A stretch of DNA of 63,193 nt, counting the filler, from Octopus bimaculoides (lineage: Eukaryota): NCBI RefSeq assembly GCF_001194135.2. It is 4 parts of 4 records of this genome, joined end to end, with 100 filler letters (N's around TTAATTAATTAA, not from the genome) between each part and the next. Parts side by side here need not be neighbours in the genome. Positions count along the whole stretch, not along the records: positions 1 to 17,682 come from NC_068993.1; 3 more parts are not named here. One strand, given 5' to 3'. Below are positions 1 to 12,334 of this stretch, one piece after another; the first letter of the stretch is position 1; every line of letters begins with the position of its first letter. The translations under genes were made by a program, and so were the position numbers. Under the pieces are notes generated by a model. The model ran no database searches and was not told where the DNA came from. It was given only the letters and a program-made list of their open reading frames with translations.

Positions 1-181
1 TATATATATATATATATGTATATATATGGTATATATATCTGTAATTATGTACTTTTTTTGAAAAAGAGAAAGAGGTGTATATTTTTATATGTAAAATGAG
101 TCGATTACTTAAATCGGTTTCTGAAAATTTCTTTTGCTCACGAGACATGATAGCTGTCTTTAGAATGTGATAGGTTATTAC

Positions 182-344
182 CAGGGCCGGTGCAGTGAAG
201 TTCGGGGTCTGTGGCTTCACCATTAATAATTCATATATATTAATAATTCATCATACCTTTCTCCGCTGTATCGTGCGCAGGGCCCTCTCTTGGTGCGGAG
301 CCCAATTCGACTATTTGTGTCTAATTCGCTTAAAACCGGCTCTG
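182..344. mobile_element. hAT-type MITE (163 bp)
   Basis: TIRs CAGGGCCGGT (182-191) and ACCGGCTCTG (335-344), 1 mismatch; perfect 8-bp TSD GTTATTAC at 174-181 and 345-352. CAG termini with an 8-bp TSD are typical of hAT elements. Confidence 0.85.
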
Positions 345-837
345 GTTATTACAGACAGAATCTACATTAATTACGTTCGTCATGCTTAGTCATTCGTGAC
401 ACCAAAAAGATATAAAAAATTAAGGTGTACTTTGTGTTGGATTTGATTTTAGAACTGTTAATAAACAATTAAAAAGAATTAACAAACAGCGTCGAAGTGT
501 TATACTGTTTCGTCATACTATTGTCTCCAATCGTCTTCAAGGACTCGTCCCTGGGAAAATAAGATATTAAAGTTATGTCATAAACAAATATCGTGACTCC
601 TTTCATCTTGTAACCGTAAATAAAAGTTTTTTTCTCATTGCGTTTTTCTTTCTGATCTGAATACATTTTTTCTTATTGTTTGTCTGCTATTGTTATGGTT
701 GTTATGGTTGTTATTGCTTAGCATCAGGTCAGCTCTGATCAAGCAGAGCTGTGTATATAACCAATTCCAACCGTGACTGTCTTGTTTATTCTTTTTCTCA
801 GAGACGACTAACTTGTTCAATATATAAATATACATAC

Positions 838-1304
838 GTATACATGTATGTATGTATGTATGTATGTATGTATGTATGTATGTATGTATGTGCGTCTGTG
901 TCTGTATATATGTGTAAGAGTTAAAAGTAATAGGATTTAAGTTTAGGGAAACAAGGCTACTGTTTCTAGCGGATTGGTCAACAACTTTGCGAGTTCTTCG
1001 TTGGTTCTTTCTTTTTTTTTAATATTTGTTGTTGCTTTTGCAAGTAGGAATTCGTGAATAAAATATGTATGTGCTGTGTATGTGTGAGTGCGCGTGTTTA
1101 TATTTATGAGTGTGTGTGTGCGTATGTGTTTATGTAAATATTTCATTTGTATCCTTATGCAGTGAATATTTCACGCACATACGTACACTCATACTCACAC
1201 ACACATGCATACACAAACGCGCGTGGATGCATATATATGTACACATGCAAACGAATATATATAAGCATATATATATATGTATATATATATAAATTTATAT
1301 ATAT

Positions 1305-1372
<68 letters not shown>
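838..1372. repeat. (TATG)n, (TA)n and (TG)n microsatellites
   Basis: Direct reading; these explain the CV/HT/YI ORFs here. Confidence 0.95.
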
Positions 1373-1374
<2 letters not shown>

Positions 1375-3204
1375 ATATACGCACACAAACAGACGTGGTG
1401 AATAAATTATTTTTTCTTGTAATAGTTGCAATATTAGTCATAGCATAAATATTTATACTGCAATTTCTATGAGAACTAATCTATGAACAATGTAACAACT
1501 TTAAATCTATTGATAGATGAAGATTATGTAATTTTTGCGGGGATTATGAGAAATTAAAATAATGTGAGATATTCATCTTGAGTAAAGACCCTGTTTCAAG
1601 TAAGTGCGAAAGGTGATGATTTTAAAAATTATAGAATTGCAAGTATGTGCTCTTTAAATGCCTGTGAATAAGTGAAGAAATAAATGAAACGAAAATAAAA
1701 ATTGAAAAATGTAAAATAATCTTCGAAACATACTTGGTGTTTGAGATAAACTTACGAAGGGAGGCAACTGAAGTAAAATTTTAAGCAGTTGTTATTTATC
1801 ATTTATTTATTTATTCATTTTTTTAGGAAAAGATTAACGGTTTAAGGAATTGCTTCTAGAGATTATTCAAATAACTACACAAATAATATTAGTCTTTTAG
1901 AAAATATAATAAAAAAAAAATACATGGTGTAGTTTTATATCTCCAACTTAAAAGATTTTAATTGCTTCTTATAGTTCTAAGAGATTAATCAATTAATGAT
2001 ATGCAATGAAACAAAAATATTCAACGAATCCTGTCTGGGGATCAACTAGTTCCTTATGATTATATTAGCATTACTAGATATGTTTCAAAGAGTGGCGAGA
2101 GAATATTTATCAGCGTGTTGTGGTCCTTGTTCTTGTTTCTGAACGATTCAATGCATGGTTACATGAAATGCATGGTTACAAGAGCGATATGATACATGAT
2201 TCTAATACAGAATTCGTGTTATTAAGGAATGAAAATATTGGTTTTTAGATTTCAAAGGATGGGATATAGGAAATACTTTGACGAATTTTCAAATTAGCAA
2301 AGGCTTGCTTCTTATCTTAGTCTTTATAGTGTTAAAGTGAAAGGCTTATTGCTTTTCCAGGAACATTAAGAACCTAAGTTAAATTATAGTTGTTTTATCA
2401 GAAAATGGAAGCCTCATCGCAAGCTTCATTCCAACTGAGGTTCAACTGATACCTTTGTAAGTATATCTTATCTATGTTCAATGTCTTTCTGTCTATGGAA
2501 ATAAGAAATAGGATTATGCTTCATTTGCTTAGTGACATGGTGGTCAAAATCACAATAGCCCATTTTCATGGTAGCAAAAATCTCTGTGCCTTATTTCCAT
2601 AAAACCAGTGCCACGTGGTAGATAAGACATACTTACAGTTATGTAATGCTTATCTCCATGGTTCTTGTGAGGCAATTCCATTGAAAATCATTGCCAAGAA
2701 GACCGAAAACCATAGGGTCGTGTTGGTGTACGGGCAATTTAACTTTTGTTCTTGTTATGTCTCAAGCTACTGCTATCTAGCACCTTCGAATGATCTATAC
2801 TTGACTGCTGCTCGTCAGCTACTCAACAGCTACTCTACAGCTCCTCCAACACGGCTAGACTACCTCTATTTATATGTCTTGAGCGATCCTACTTCTTCGC
2901 TTGGGGGCGTCGACACAACAGTTCTTTAATATCGCTTCTCGAAAATTCAACCTAAATACGGATTTCCTTTGGTGGTAGCTGATCCAAAATCGCCCAATAT
3001 CCATGTCATATACTGCACTCGTATAGCGTCACGGAAACGAAAACCAGGGGAAACTGCTTACGGTTACTGTACCTGCTAAATATTGCAGCCAAATTACCCT
3101 CCAATTACACCTGCAACTATGCCAGCCACCATTTTCTTTGATTTGGTCGGTCATGTTACTCTCTTCCGGTACTTTTTTTTAAAAGTTACGTGCTTATTAT
3201 ATTG

Positions 3205-3276
3205 TCCTTAATCTGTCAAGCCGCTAAGTTACGGGATATAATTGCAAATAAGTGCACGCGCGAACGCATCCCGGCA

Positions 3277-3312
<36 letters not shown>

Positions 3313-3415
3313 CATTTTTCGTCTACCAAATTCACTCACAAGGCCACGATCCGATGCTATACTAAAAAGCACTTGTCTCAGGTGTCACGCAATGGGGCCG
3401 AGCTCGAATCCAGGT
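3205..3415 (-). mobile_element. Degenerate tRNA-headed SINE (family 1)
   Basis: Matches parts of the better copy at 21200-21606 (gccgctaagttacggg; gtctaccaaattcactcacaaggc), with internal (CA)n. Confidence 0.65.
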
Positions 3416-3944
3416 GATTGCGATCCATACTTAGTATGTAAACATACATTCTTGTATGTATTTTATTGACTTTAGGGGTGGGATGAAATGAAACTCGGGT
3501 TTTTGAACTCGCAAGGGAAATTAACTGGAGAAAACTAAGACGGTCAGTGTCTCTGCTAAACCACAGCTCCTATAAATTCAAAGGCCCGTACTTTCTTATT
3601 CATTTGCGATGAAAGGTGACGTAATTTGTCCGTTGTACACCTCCGTGATTTCTATGAACTAAAATCATACAAACATGATAGTTTCCATCTATGAGAGATT
3701 AAAGATTATGCTACTCTCATGGAGTGGAATTTAAAAGAAAAATTAGTGTTTCATTACATGATATTATTTATGTCTTTTATATACTTATTTTATCCCTCGT
3801 CCCCTCCTTTTCCTACATTTTGTTTGTTTATTTTCTATTTTCAATAAATGCCTCATTTTATGTTGATGTGTAGAATTGTTTGGTGAAGCGGATTAACAAA
3901 ATAAATATCTGCCATTCATATATTTCTATTAACCTCTTCCACTC

Positions 3945-3980
3945 TTTCTTCCTTTCTCTCTCTCTCTTTCTTTCTTTATT

Positions 3981-4017
<37 letters not shown>

Positions 4018-4129
4018 TATTCCAACCCCGTCCTCTTGTACTATTTTATTTTTCCTTTTCTTCTTTCTTCCTTCCTTTTCATTCTATTCATTCTATTTTT
4101 TCCTTTCTTTCTTTCTTTCCTTCTTTCCT

Positions 4130-4160
<31 letters not shown>

Positions 4161-4740
4161 CGATAAGTAAGTTGAAGGCTGTTAAGACGAGGCAAAACAA
4201 AATCCCACGATGAAGAAAGATGTTCTGTTTATAAATAGCATGGCGCACAACTGAATGCAAGGAGACAATGAGAAATGACTGACAATGGCCAGTGACAACA
4301 ACTCTACTATACCTGCAAGCAAGACCACCACCACCACCACCACCACCAGCAACAACAACAACAACAACAACAACAACAGGGGCTACTACAAGGTAAAACA
4401 TTAAAAACACATTAAAACCTATTATTGTACTGACATTATTATAAAATTAATACGGCGTCATAAACAACTGTACAACAACATCATTTCCTCCTCCTGTTCC
4501 TCCTCCTGTTCCTCCTCCTGTTCCTCCTCCTCCTCCTCCTCCTACTACTTCTACTACTACTACTACTGCTACTGCTGCTGCTGCTGCAGTCCTTACCAAC
4601 TCTATCACCTCGCAATAGCAGCTAGGACAACAACGGATGAGTAATTACAAAACCAATTTTAATAAGATTAAAACTAACAAATGACGACTACTACTATTAC
4701 TACTATTACTACTACTACTACTGCTGCTGTTACTACTACT
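3945..4740. repeat. (TTTC)n and mixed trinucleotide (ACC/AAC/TCC/ACT) microsatellites
   Basis: Direct reading. Confidence 0.9.
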
Positions 4741-4764
4741 TCTATCAATAATGATTATTCTGAT

Positions 4765-5140
4765 AAAATTTGGGCACAAAGTCAATAATTTTAGGAGAAA
4801 GGTAGTTAGTTGATTGAATACACGACTCCAATACTTTAATGGTACTTCATTTTGCCGACCCCTGCGAGATGGAAAGTAAGGTTGATCTCAGCGAGATTTG
4901 AACTCAGAACGTAATGAACCAGGATAAATATCACATGCTAGTTTGTCCGATACTCTAACGATTCAGCAATGCACGAAAGCAGTTTCTAATTTACACTCAA
5001 GGCTAGCAATTTAAAGAGGAGAGGCTGAGTTGATTCTATCGACTTCAGTGCTTAACTGGCATTTTATCTTATCGATCTTGGAAAGGATAAGAGGTAAGGT
5101 TGATCTCCCATGATTTGAACGCGGAATGTAAGAAGCCGGA
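4765..5140 (-). mobile_element. Two tandem degenerate SINEs (family 2)
   Basis: Each unit resembles the reverse complement of 38265-38495 (gatttgaactcagaacgta; atcgatcttggaaaggat). Confidence 0.65.
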
Positions 5141-5299
5141 AAATAACAATAAATTCGAGAGCAGCTGCAACGAAATTGATAATAAAAGAATAAACAATAA
5201 GAGAAAAAAGTAAAACAAAAACTTCAAAAAGCAACATCTAAAGAATAAGTTAAAAAAAAAAACCCTTAGTATCGTTCGTTATCTTACGATAGCTCCCTA

Positions 5300-5498
5300 T
5301 GACGTCATCAGATTGTGAATTGACGTAGGGTGATCACTATTTCTTTTGTTGTCCAACCCATTAAGACCCCTTTTCACTGAATGCTATAAAGGAGCTGAGA
5401 AAATAATAGCTCCGGGGAGGAAGGGGTCAGGTATAAATAGAGTTAGGGTGTGGCGGGAGGAGAGGGTTTTTTTTTAATAAAAGGGGTTTGGCGGGAAG
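5300..5498 (+). promoter_or_regulatory. Candidate promoter-like motif cluster
   Basis: TGACGTCA 5300-5307, TGACGT 5321-5326, TATAAA 5385-5390, TATAAATAG 5432-5440, TGGCGGGA 5451-5458, TTTGGCGGGAAG 5487-5498. Motifs only, no transcript evidence. Confidence 0.3.
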
Positions 5499-6616
5499 AG
5501 ATGAAATAGTGATAAACGCTTAAGTAGGTTGTTGACATGACGTATATGGACTTTACAGGTGAGATGATAGTGGAGGGATTTGTAATTGAGGACAGTGAAT
5601 GTGTGTGTGTGTATGTGTTCATGTTTGTGTGTGTATGCATGCGAATTGTGTGTGTGTGTGTACGTTGGGTGGGTGAGTACCTGTTTGTGCGTGTGTGTTC
5701 GTGTGTGTACGTGCATGTGTACGTATGCCTGTGTGGGTGTTTAGGGCATAAGTGGTTATTCTTCTTGTATGTTATTTAGTTTATCATTCTTGATATTGTA
5801 GATGTATAGTCAAAGACGTTCCAAACATGATCATTCCATCTTTCTGTATGTAATGGTCATAGTTTCCTTTAAGTCTATTCAGCGTAGTTTGAAGGATTTG
5901 GTTAGCTTTAGCAGGTGGCGGGGCCACATGGACGCCCCCACGGTGCCTCACTTGCTTTTATCGAGGTCGTTTTTTAGACCCAGATCTTTTCTGACAGAAC
6001 GCACGTTGTGACCATTTCATATGGGGTATTCTAAGAGAAATTTAGCTGTTGCGTCTAGCAGATCGAGTGACACTACAGTGGCCCCTTCGTTGTCATCCTG
6101 TAAATAGTAGGTGAAGGTGAGGACGTTGGTGTTGGTGGTGGTGGTTGTAGTAATGGCGTTGGTGGCAGTGGCTGTGTTACTGGTGACAGTGTTGCTGATG
6201 ATGATAGTGCTGGTCTTGTTACTGGTGGGGGTGTTGGCAATGGTGATAGTGCCGATAGTGGTGGTGGTTGTATGGTGATTTTGATGATAATATTATTGTG
6301 GTAGTAGTAATTGTGTCGTGTTGGTGTTAGAGATGGTGTTGTTGTTATTGGTGGAAATGATGGTGACGGTAAGAGTGTGGGGATGGTGTTGGTCGTGATG
6401 ATATTGAGTATGTGAAGGTTACAGATTGTTGACCTTGATATATTTTACGAGACATGGAGGTGTAAATGACAAAGATTCATGAGTTGTTGGAGCATCTACT
6501 AAAAAACCATGTCTTTTCTGCTGTTCTGGGTGGAAAATAATTTGTTTCTTTTCGCAGGATCAATTCCTCTGTCGAGGAACCAAGTATTACAGACGTGGTG
6601 CCACGAAACTTTTACG

Positions 6617-7238
6617 TACTTATGTACGTTATTATTCAGTTTTATTTCAAGATTTCTTGCCAATAGAGAAAGATCCGTTTTCTAACCTAGATCCAAGGTT
6701 CTTTCAGCAACAAGGTATGTATGTACGTATGTATGTATGTATGTATGTATGTATGTATGTATGTATGTATGTATGTATGTATGTATACGTGCAGATTTGT
6801 ATGTTTTGTTTTACGCATATATGCATATGCATATACTTGCATATCTAGACGTGCTCATATATACTTAAGTTATAAACTTCTGGAAAGTTTCACAGATTTT
6901 TACAGTTCCAGTAATGGCTTGGATCTGTTGTCTTCGAATCTGCTTTCTCCTTTTTGGTTTGAGAAGCCTAATTTCTCGAAATTGGTATTTAGGCAGTGTG
7001 TTACATATCCCAGGGCCCCAATAATTACAGATATAAACCTGAACTTGTTATCTGGATAGAGTGACAGTTGATTTCTCAAAAGTTCAGCGTAGGTATTCTC
7101 TTTTTCACTGATCTTCAGATTTATGCTAACATCCGTTGGACAGCTGATTTCCACAACTGTGCACAGTTACTCTTCTCTATCCTAAATCATTATATCAGGT
7201 CTATTGTGTTTACATTTTATTGAGGTTTTCACTGAGAC
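6617..7238 (-). mobile_element. 5'-truncated REL-endonuclease non-LTR retrotransposon fragment embedded in (CATA)n
   Basis: Minus-strand translation SVKTSIKCKHNRPDIMI*DREE*LCTVVEISCPTDVSINLKISEKENTY...ISVIIGALG (RPD, E-x-S, K-x-x-x-Y and IIGALG of R2/R4-type REL domains), with stops. The coding part abuts (CATA)n at 7239 and the 3' UTR runs into (CATA)n at 6716-6786. Including 6617-6715 in the element is tentative. Confidence 0.85.
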
Positions 7239-7813
7239 GTATGTATGTATGCATGTATGTATGAATGCATGTATGTATGTATGTATGTATGTATGTATGT
7301 ATGTATGCATGTATGTGTGTATATGTATGTATGTACGTATGTGTGTGTATGTGTATATGTATGTATGTATGCATGTATGTATGCATGCATATGTGTGTAT
7401 ATGTATGTATGTACGTATGTGTATGTATGCATGTATGTATGTATGTATGTATGTATGTATGTGTGTTTGCATGTGTGTGTANNNNNNNNNNTATGTATGT
7501 ATGTATGTATGTATGTATGCATGTATGTGTGTATATGTATGTATGTACGTATGTGTGTGTATGTGTATATGTATGTATGTATGCATGTATGTATGCATGC
7601 ATATGTGTGTATATGTATGTATGTACGTATGTGTATGTATGCATGTATGTATGTATGTATGTATGTATGTATGTGTGTTTGCATGTGTGTGTATGTATCC
7701 ATGTATGTATTGAGCGTTTATGTACGTATTGCGTATGTAAATGAAAATAGTATTAGTATAAATACGCATAATTCAAATGGTGATAATGAAGTTACGAGAG
7801 AGCTAGGTAGAAC

Positions 7814-7862
<49 letters not shown>

Positions 7863-8597
7863 AAAATAACAGGGAGAATGAGCGTGGGTGAGAAAAAAGA
7901 AGCGTAACATGATATGTCAATTGTTACATAGAGAAAAGGTCTCTAATTTGCTTGACAGATCACGAAAGTAAAATGGTTGTAGCATTGGTTTCTGATTGGC
8001 CTATAGCAATGAAATTGAGTAATTCTCTTATTATTAATGAAAATAACTGGTAAAATCTGGTTAGGAACTGACCTTCAGTTCTCGCGATATTTGCACATAT
8101 GCTTTAAAAAAAAGTAATTGTTTCAAATTTTGGCACAAGGCCAGCAATTTGTGATGGTGGTGATGGTAGTGGTGGTAGTGGTGGTGGTGGTGGGGGCCAG
8201 TCAATTGCATCGATCTTAATGCTTGACTGGTAATTATTTTAAGGATCCCGAAATGATGAAAGGCATTGCCAAACCGTTTTGGTTTTCATATAGTTTGCCT
8301 CAGGAGTAGAAACATCGTTGTGTTTTTCTCTTTCTGTAAAACTCTGATTAGGCTTCGCATCAATTCCGCATGTATTAAAGCTATTATTGACAGTCCATTA
8401 TAGTTATAATAATCAATATTTGATGGAATTATATAGAAGTATAGAAGTATTCTATTGTCTATGTGTGTATGTATGAGCGCGTGTGATGATGTTTTAGAAA
8501 GGCAGTGTGTTAAGCACACACGTTCAGTAATTCATTCATTAATTAATTCATACATACATGCATACATACATACATACATACATATAGATACATAAAT

Positions 8598-8633
<36 letters not shown>

Positions 8634-8736
8634 ATATACATATATATGATAATAAATGCAACCACCACATAGCTACAAAACAAGGTGGACAAATATCGCA
8701 CTCGAATACCAAAGGTAGAATAAAATATGACGTTCT

Positions 8737-8900
8737 CTGAAGCTGAAAAAGTTCGTGAACTGGTACCCAGAGTTTCACTTAAGATATTATTAAACAGAAG
8801 TGAACGTACGAGACAACATAGTGTTCCGTACGTTCACTTCGATCTCGTGATCGGTTACATGAAACTTTGAATAGCTGTTTATAAGGATTTTCAGCTTCAG
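8737..8900. repeat. Fold-back (nested inverted repeat) element
   Basis: CTGAAGCTGAAAA 8737-8749 / TTTTCAGCTTCAG 8888-8900; inner 14-bp arms GAAGTGAACGTACG 8797-8810 / CGTACGTTCACTTC 8827-8840. Confidence 0.75.
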
Positions 8901-10969
8901 TAAAACTATACACACACACTCGCACACAAACACGCGCGCGCACGCACGCACAGAGTCACATGATCATAATAATAGACATATATATATGTATATACGTAGG
9001 AAAAGGCCTTGAGACGAACTTGTATATCAGTATTGTCACATGCAGATTTGTTGATAGCTTATCCATGCATTGCCACAGTGAATTATTGGTGGTGATTTCA
9101 CATTCCGATTACCATAAGCAGCAGGGCATTTGAGTAATCTGGAGCCACAAACATAAATATAGAAAAAAAAACCCCAAAGAAAACATGACTATTTCTTTGG
9201 AAACTAATTATAAATAACAGCACTAATATATATGTATATCTTTATGTATACATAAACATATATACACACACAAACACACACACACATATACTCCTCTTCT
9301 TGATAAAATATAAACAAAATCTCAGAGTGATATTACCAGAGTTAAGTCCCTTATCCAACCTTTCTATTTAGATATCTGGTTAATTCATCATTGTTGCCAT
9401 GACAGCTGTTCCTCATAGCTTTCCGATTCCATTAATGTTCTGCTTAAGATATTACTGTGAGAATCATTACGATCTATCTGCCCGTTGTTTCTTTGTTATT
9501 ATTACCATTAAGGACGTATTTTAAACAACATTTCCACAACTTTCACTAAACCAATATTGTGTATATGTCCCCAAAGTGTTGACTGTGTCCTCGAAAATCT
9601 CAAACAAAGGTTCAAATATACGGAAAAATACACATAGGNNNNNNNNNNNNNNNNNNNNNNNNNNNNNNNNNNNNNNNNNNNNNNNNNNNNNNNNNNNNNN
9701 NNNNNNNNNNNNNNNNNNNNNNNNNNNNNNNNNNNNNNNNNNNNNNNNNNNNNNNNNNNNNNNNNNNNNNNNNNNNNNNNNNNNNNNNNNNNNNNNNNNN
9801 NNNNNNNNNNNNNNNNNNNNNNNNNNNNNNNNNNNNNNNNNNNNNNNNNNNNNNNNNNNNNNNNNNNNNNNNNNNNNNNNNNNNNNNNNNNNNNNNNNNN
9901 NNNNNNNNNNNNNNNNNNNNNNNNNNNNNNNNNNNNNNNNNNNNNNNNNNNNNNNNNNNNNNNNNNNNNNNNNNNNNNNNNNNNNNNNNNNNNNNNNNNN
10001 NNNNNNNNNNNNNNNNNNNNNNNNNNNNNNNNNNNNNNNNNNNNNNNNNNNNNNNNNNNNNNNNNNNNNNNNNNNNNNNNNNNNNNNNNNNNNNNNNNNN
10101 NNNNNNNNNNNNNNNNNNNNNNNNNNNNNNNNNNNNNNNNNNNNNNNNNNNNNNNNNNNNNNNNNNNNNNNNNNNNNNNNNNNNNNNNNNNNNNNNNNNN
10201 NNNNNNNNNNNNNNNNNNNNNNNNNNNNNNNNNNNNNNNNNNNNNNNNNNNNNNNNNNNNNNNNNNNNNNNNNNNNNNNNNNNNNNNNNNNNNATATATA
10301 AATACACGCACGCACATATATTTGCATATACACATATATACATATATACTCATATACAAACAATACCCACACACTGATATATATACACAAATGTATACTT
10401 CTACATATATATATATACACATATACACACACATATAAACACACATTGCATACAAACATAAGTTAAAGTTTACTCGTGATACACCATTCATTAACTCTAG
10501 ATCCCAATCACTTGCACCATTGATTGCAATGGTTTAGAGAATCTAGGATAGCTGGTTTACTGCTCAGCTATTCATAGAGCCCAGCCATCCAGAGTATCTT
10601 GGAGAATTGAACTAAATATAAGCGGACAACTAAACAGGTATTCACTTGTGTGACAATGAATATTTTGGGAGACTCACAGATTTCTAAGATATGTGAAACA
10701 GCTTCAAGTGAGGAGCAGATATAGAAAAAGACAATCGATGAAAAAGAAAATAAAGTAAAAATGTTATATGTCAATGGCGATACTTGAGTATATCCGCAGA
10801 TACTAGTTAAAACCAGTAAAAGTCTGATGATATTGTGTGTGTGTGTGTGTGTGTGTGTGATTGTGTGTGTGCGTGAGTGTGTGTGTGTGTGTGAGTGTGT
10901 GCCTATCTATCTTCTCTCAATCTGTATGTATGTATGTATGTATGTATGTGTGTATGTATGTACATATAT

Positions 10970-11009
10970 GCTCCTGATGATCGTACTGGCGTGAAACTCG
11001 AGTTACGAG
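10970..11009 (+). ncRNA. Degenerate minimal type I hammerhead-like motif
   Basis: GCTC-CTGATGA-T-CGT-ACTG-GCG-T-GAAAC-TCGA-GTT-AC-GAG: intact CUGAUGA and GAAAC cores and a palindromic helix III loop; helix I is out of register by 2 nt. Confidence 0.35.
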
Positions 11010-11049
11010 TCAAACTTGCAGCTTCAATTTTCATAAAAAACTCTCTCTC

Positions 11050-11096
<47 letters not shown>

Positions 11097-11624
11097 AACA
11101 CATGCACGCTCATATCTATAAATAGATATTTCACAACAGATACATTTACAGACACACACACATCTGTCTACTTATGCACATGCTTATCAACATACATACA
11201 TACATACATACGTACGTATGTACGTTCGTACCTACATACATACATCAACATATTAAAACCTGCACGCACACACACAAGCACGAAAAAGAAATATACTCAT
11301 CATCCCCCTTTCATAAGCACAAAAGCAGGTCTAATATGAAAATACAAACAAAAATTTAGAATCCATTTTCTTTCTCTCTCTGTGTTGATTTATGTCTCAT
11401 CAAGAGCCAAGTCTTAATAAAGATTCGGAAACTCATTATTTCATTGAGGATTACTTTTGGTCATAGAGAAAACACCAGCCACCCTGCGGCGAGGTTAAAA
11501 GTCTTAAGAGTGCGCTTCGTTGTAATTCCCACGGCCAAGCATGAGAAACAATCTATTTTTAGAACTTGCAGCCTTCCTTTTGTTGATCTAGTTCAAAGAC
11601 AAATCGCAATTTCTCTGGTTGTTG

Positions 11625-11663
<39 letters not shown>

Positions 11664-11794
11664 ACGCGTGCGCACACAGACATACAAACTCACAGATGCA
11701 TGTATATGTGTGTGTGTATGCATGTATGTATGTGTGTATGTGTATCTGTGTTTGCATGTATATTTTATGTGTGTGTATGTGTGTGTGTGTGTAT

Positions 11795-11840
<46 letters not shown>

Positions 11841-11895
11841 CCGCTTGTTTCTTGTCAAGGACGTTACTTGTGGGAGATAGAGACAGAAAGAGTGA

Positions 11896-11898
<3 letters not shown>

Positions 11899-11990
<92 letters not shown>

Positions 11991-12026
11991 AGAGAGAGAG
12001 AAAGGGAGAGAGTGAGAAAGAGTGAG

Positions 12027-12070
<44 letters not shown>
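11899..12070. repeat. (AG)n microsatellite
   Basis: Direct reading; explains the ER/SL ORFs. Confidence 0.95.
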
Positions 12071-12071
<1 letters not shown>

Positions 12072-12334
12072 CTGGCAGATAGACAGAAAAACACAGACAG
12101 AAAGTGAGTCGTTGTAGTGTACGGAATGGAGAGAGCGAGATAAGAGGGTAAAAGATAGGGAAATTACGATAGTGAAAGTAAAGAAACAAAGAGTAAGTGT
12201 AGATGTTGAGTGAATTTCTAAATTTCTATGAAAAAAGACAAATTTGAATTCATTAATTTTAGAGAAAGATAAACAAATTAACGAAAGAGAAACAATTGAA
12301 CACAATCCAGAAATAAAACAGTTGTATTTGTTTT

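Noticed and set aside
2615-2929. 104-aa ORF in unique sequence
   Set aside because: GTG start, no recognisable motif or splice context; the length is compatible with chance.
7240-7700. Apparent ~200-bp duplication of a complex TATG repeat
   Set aside because: The two copies flank a 10-N gap (7482-7491); most likely overlapping contig ends that were not merged.
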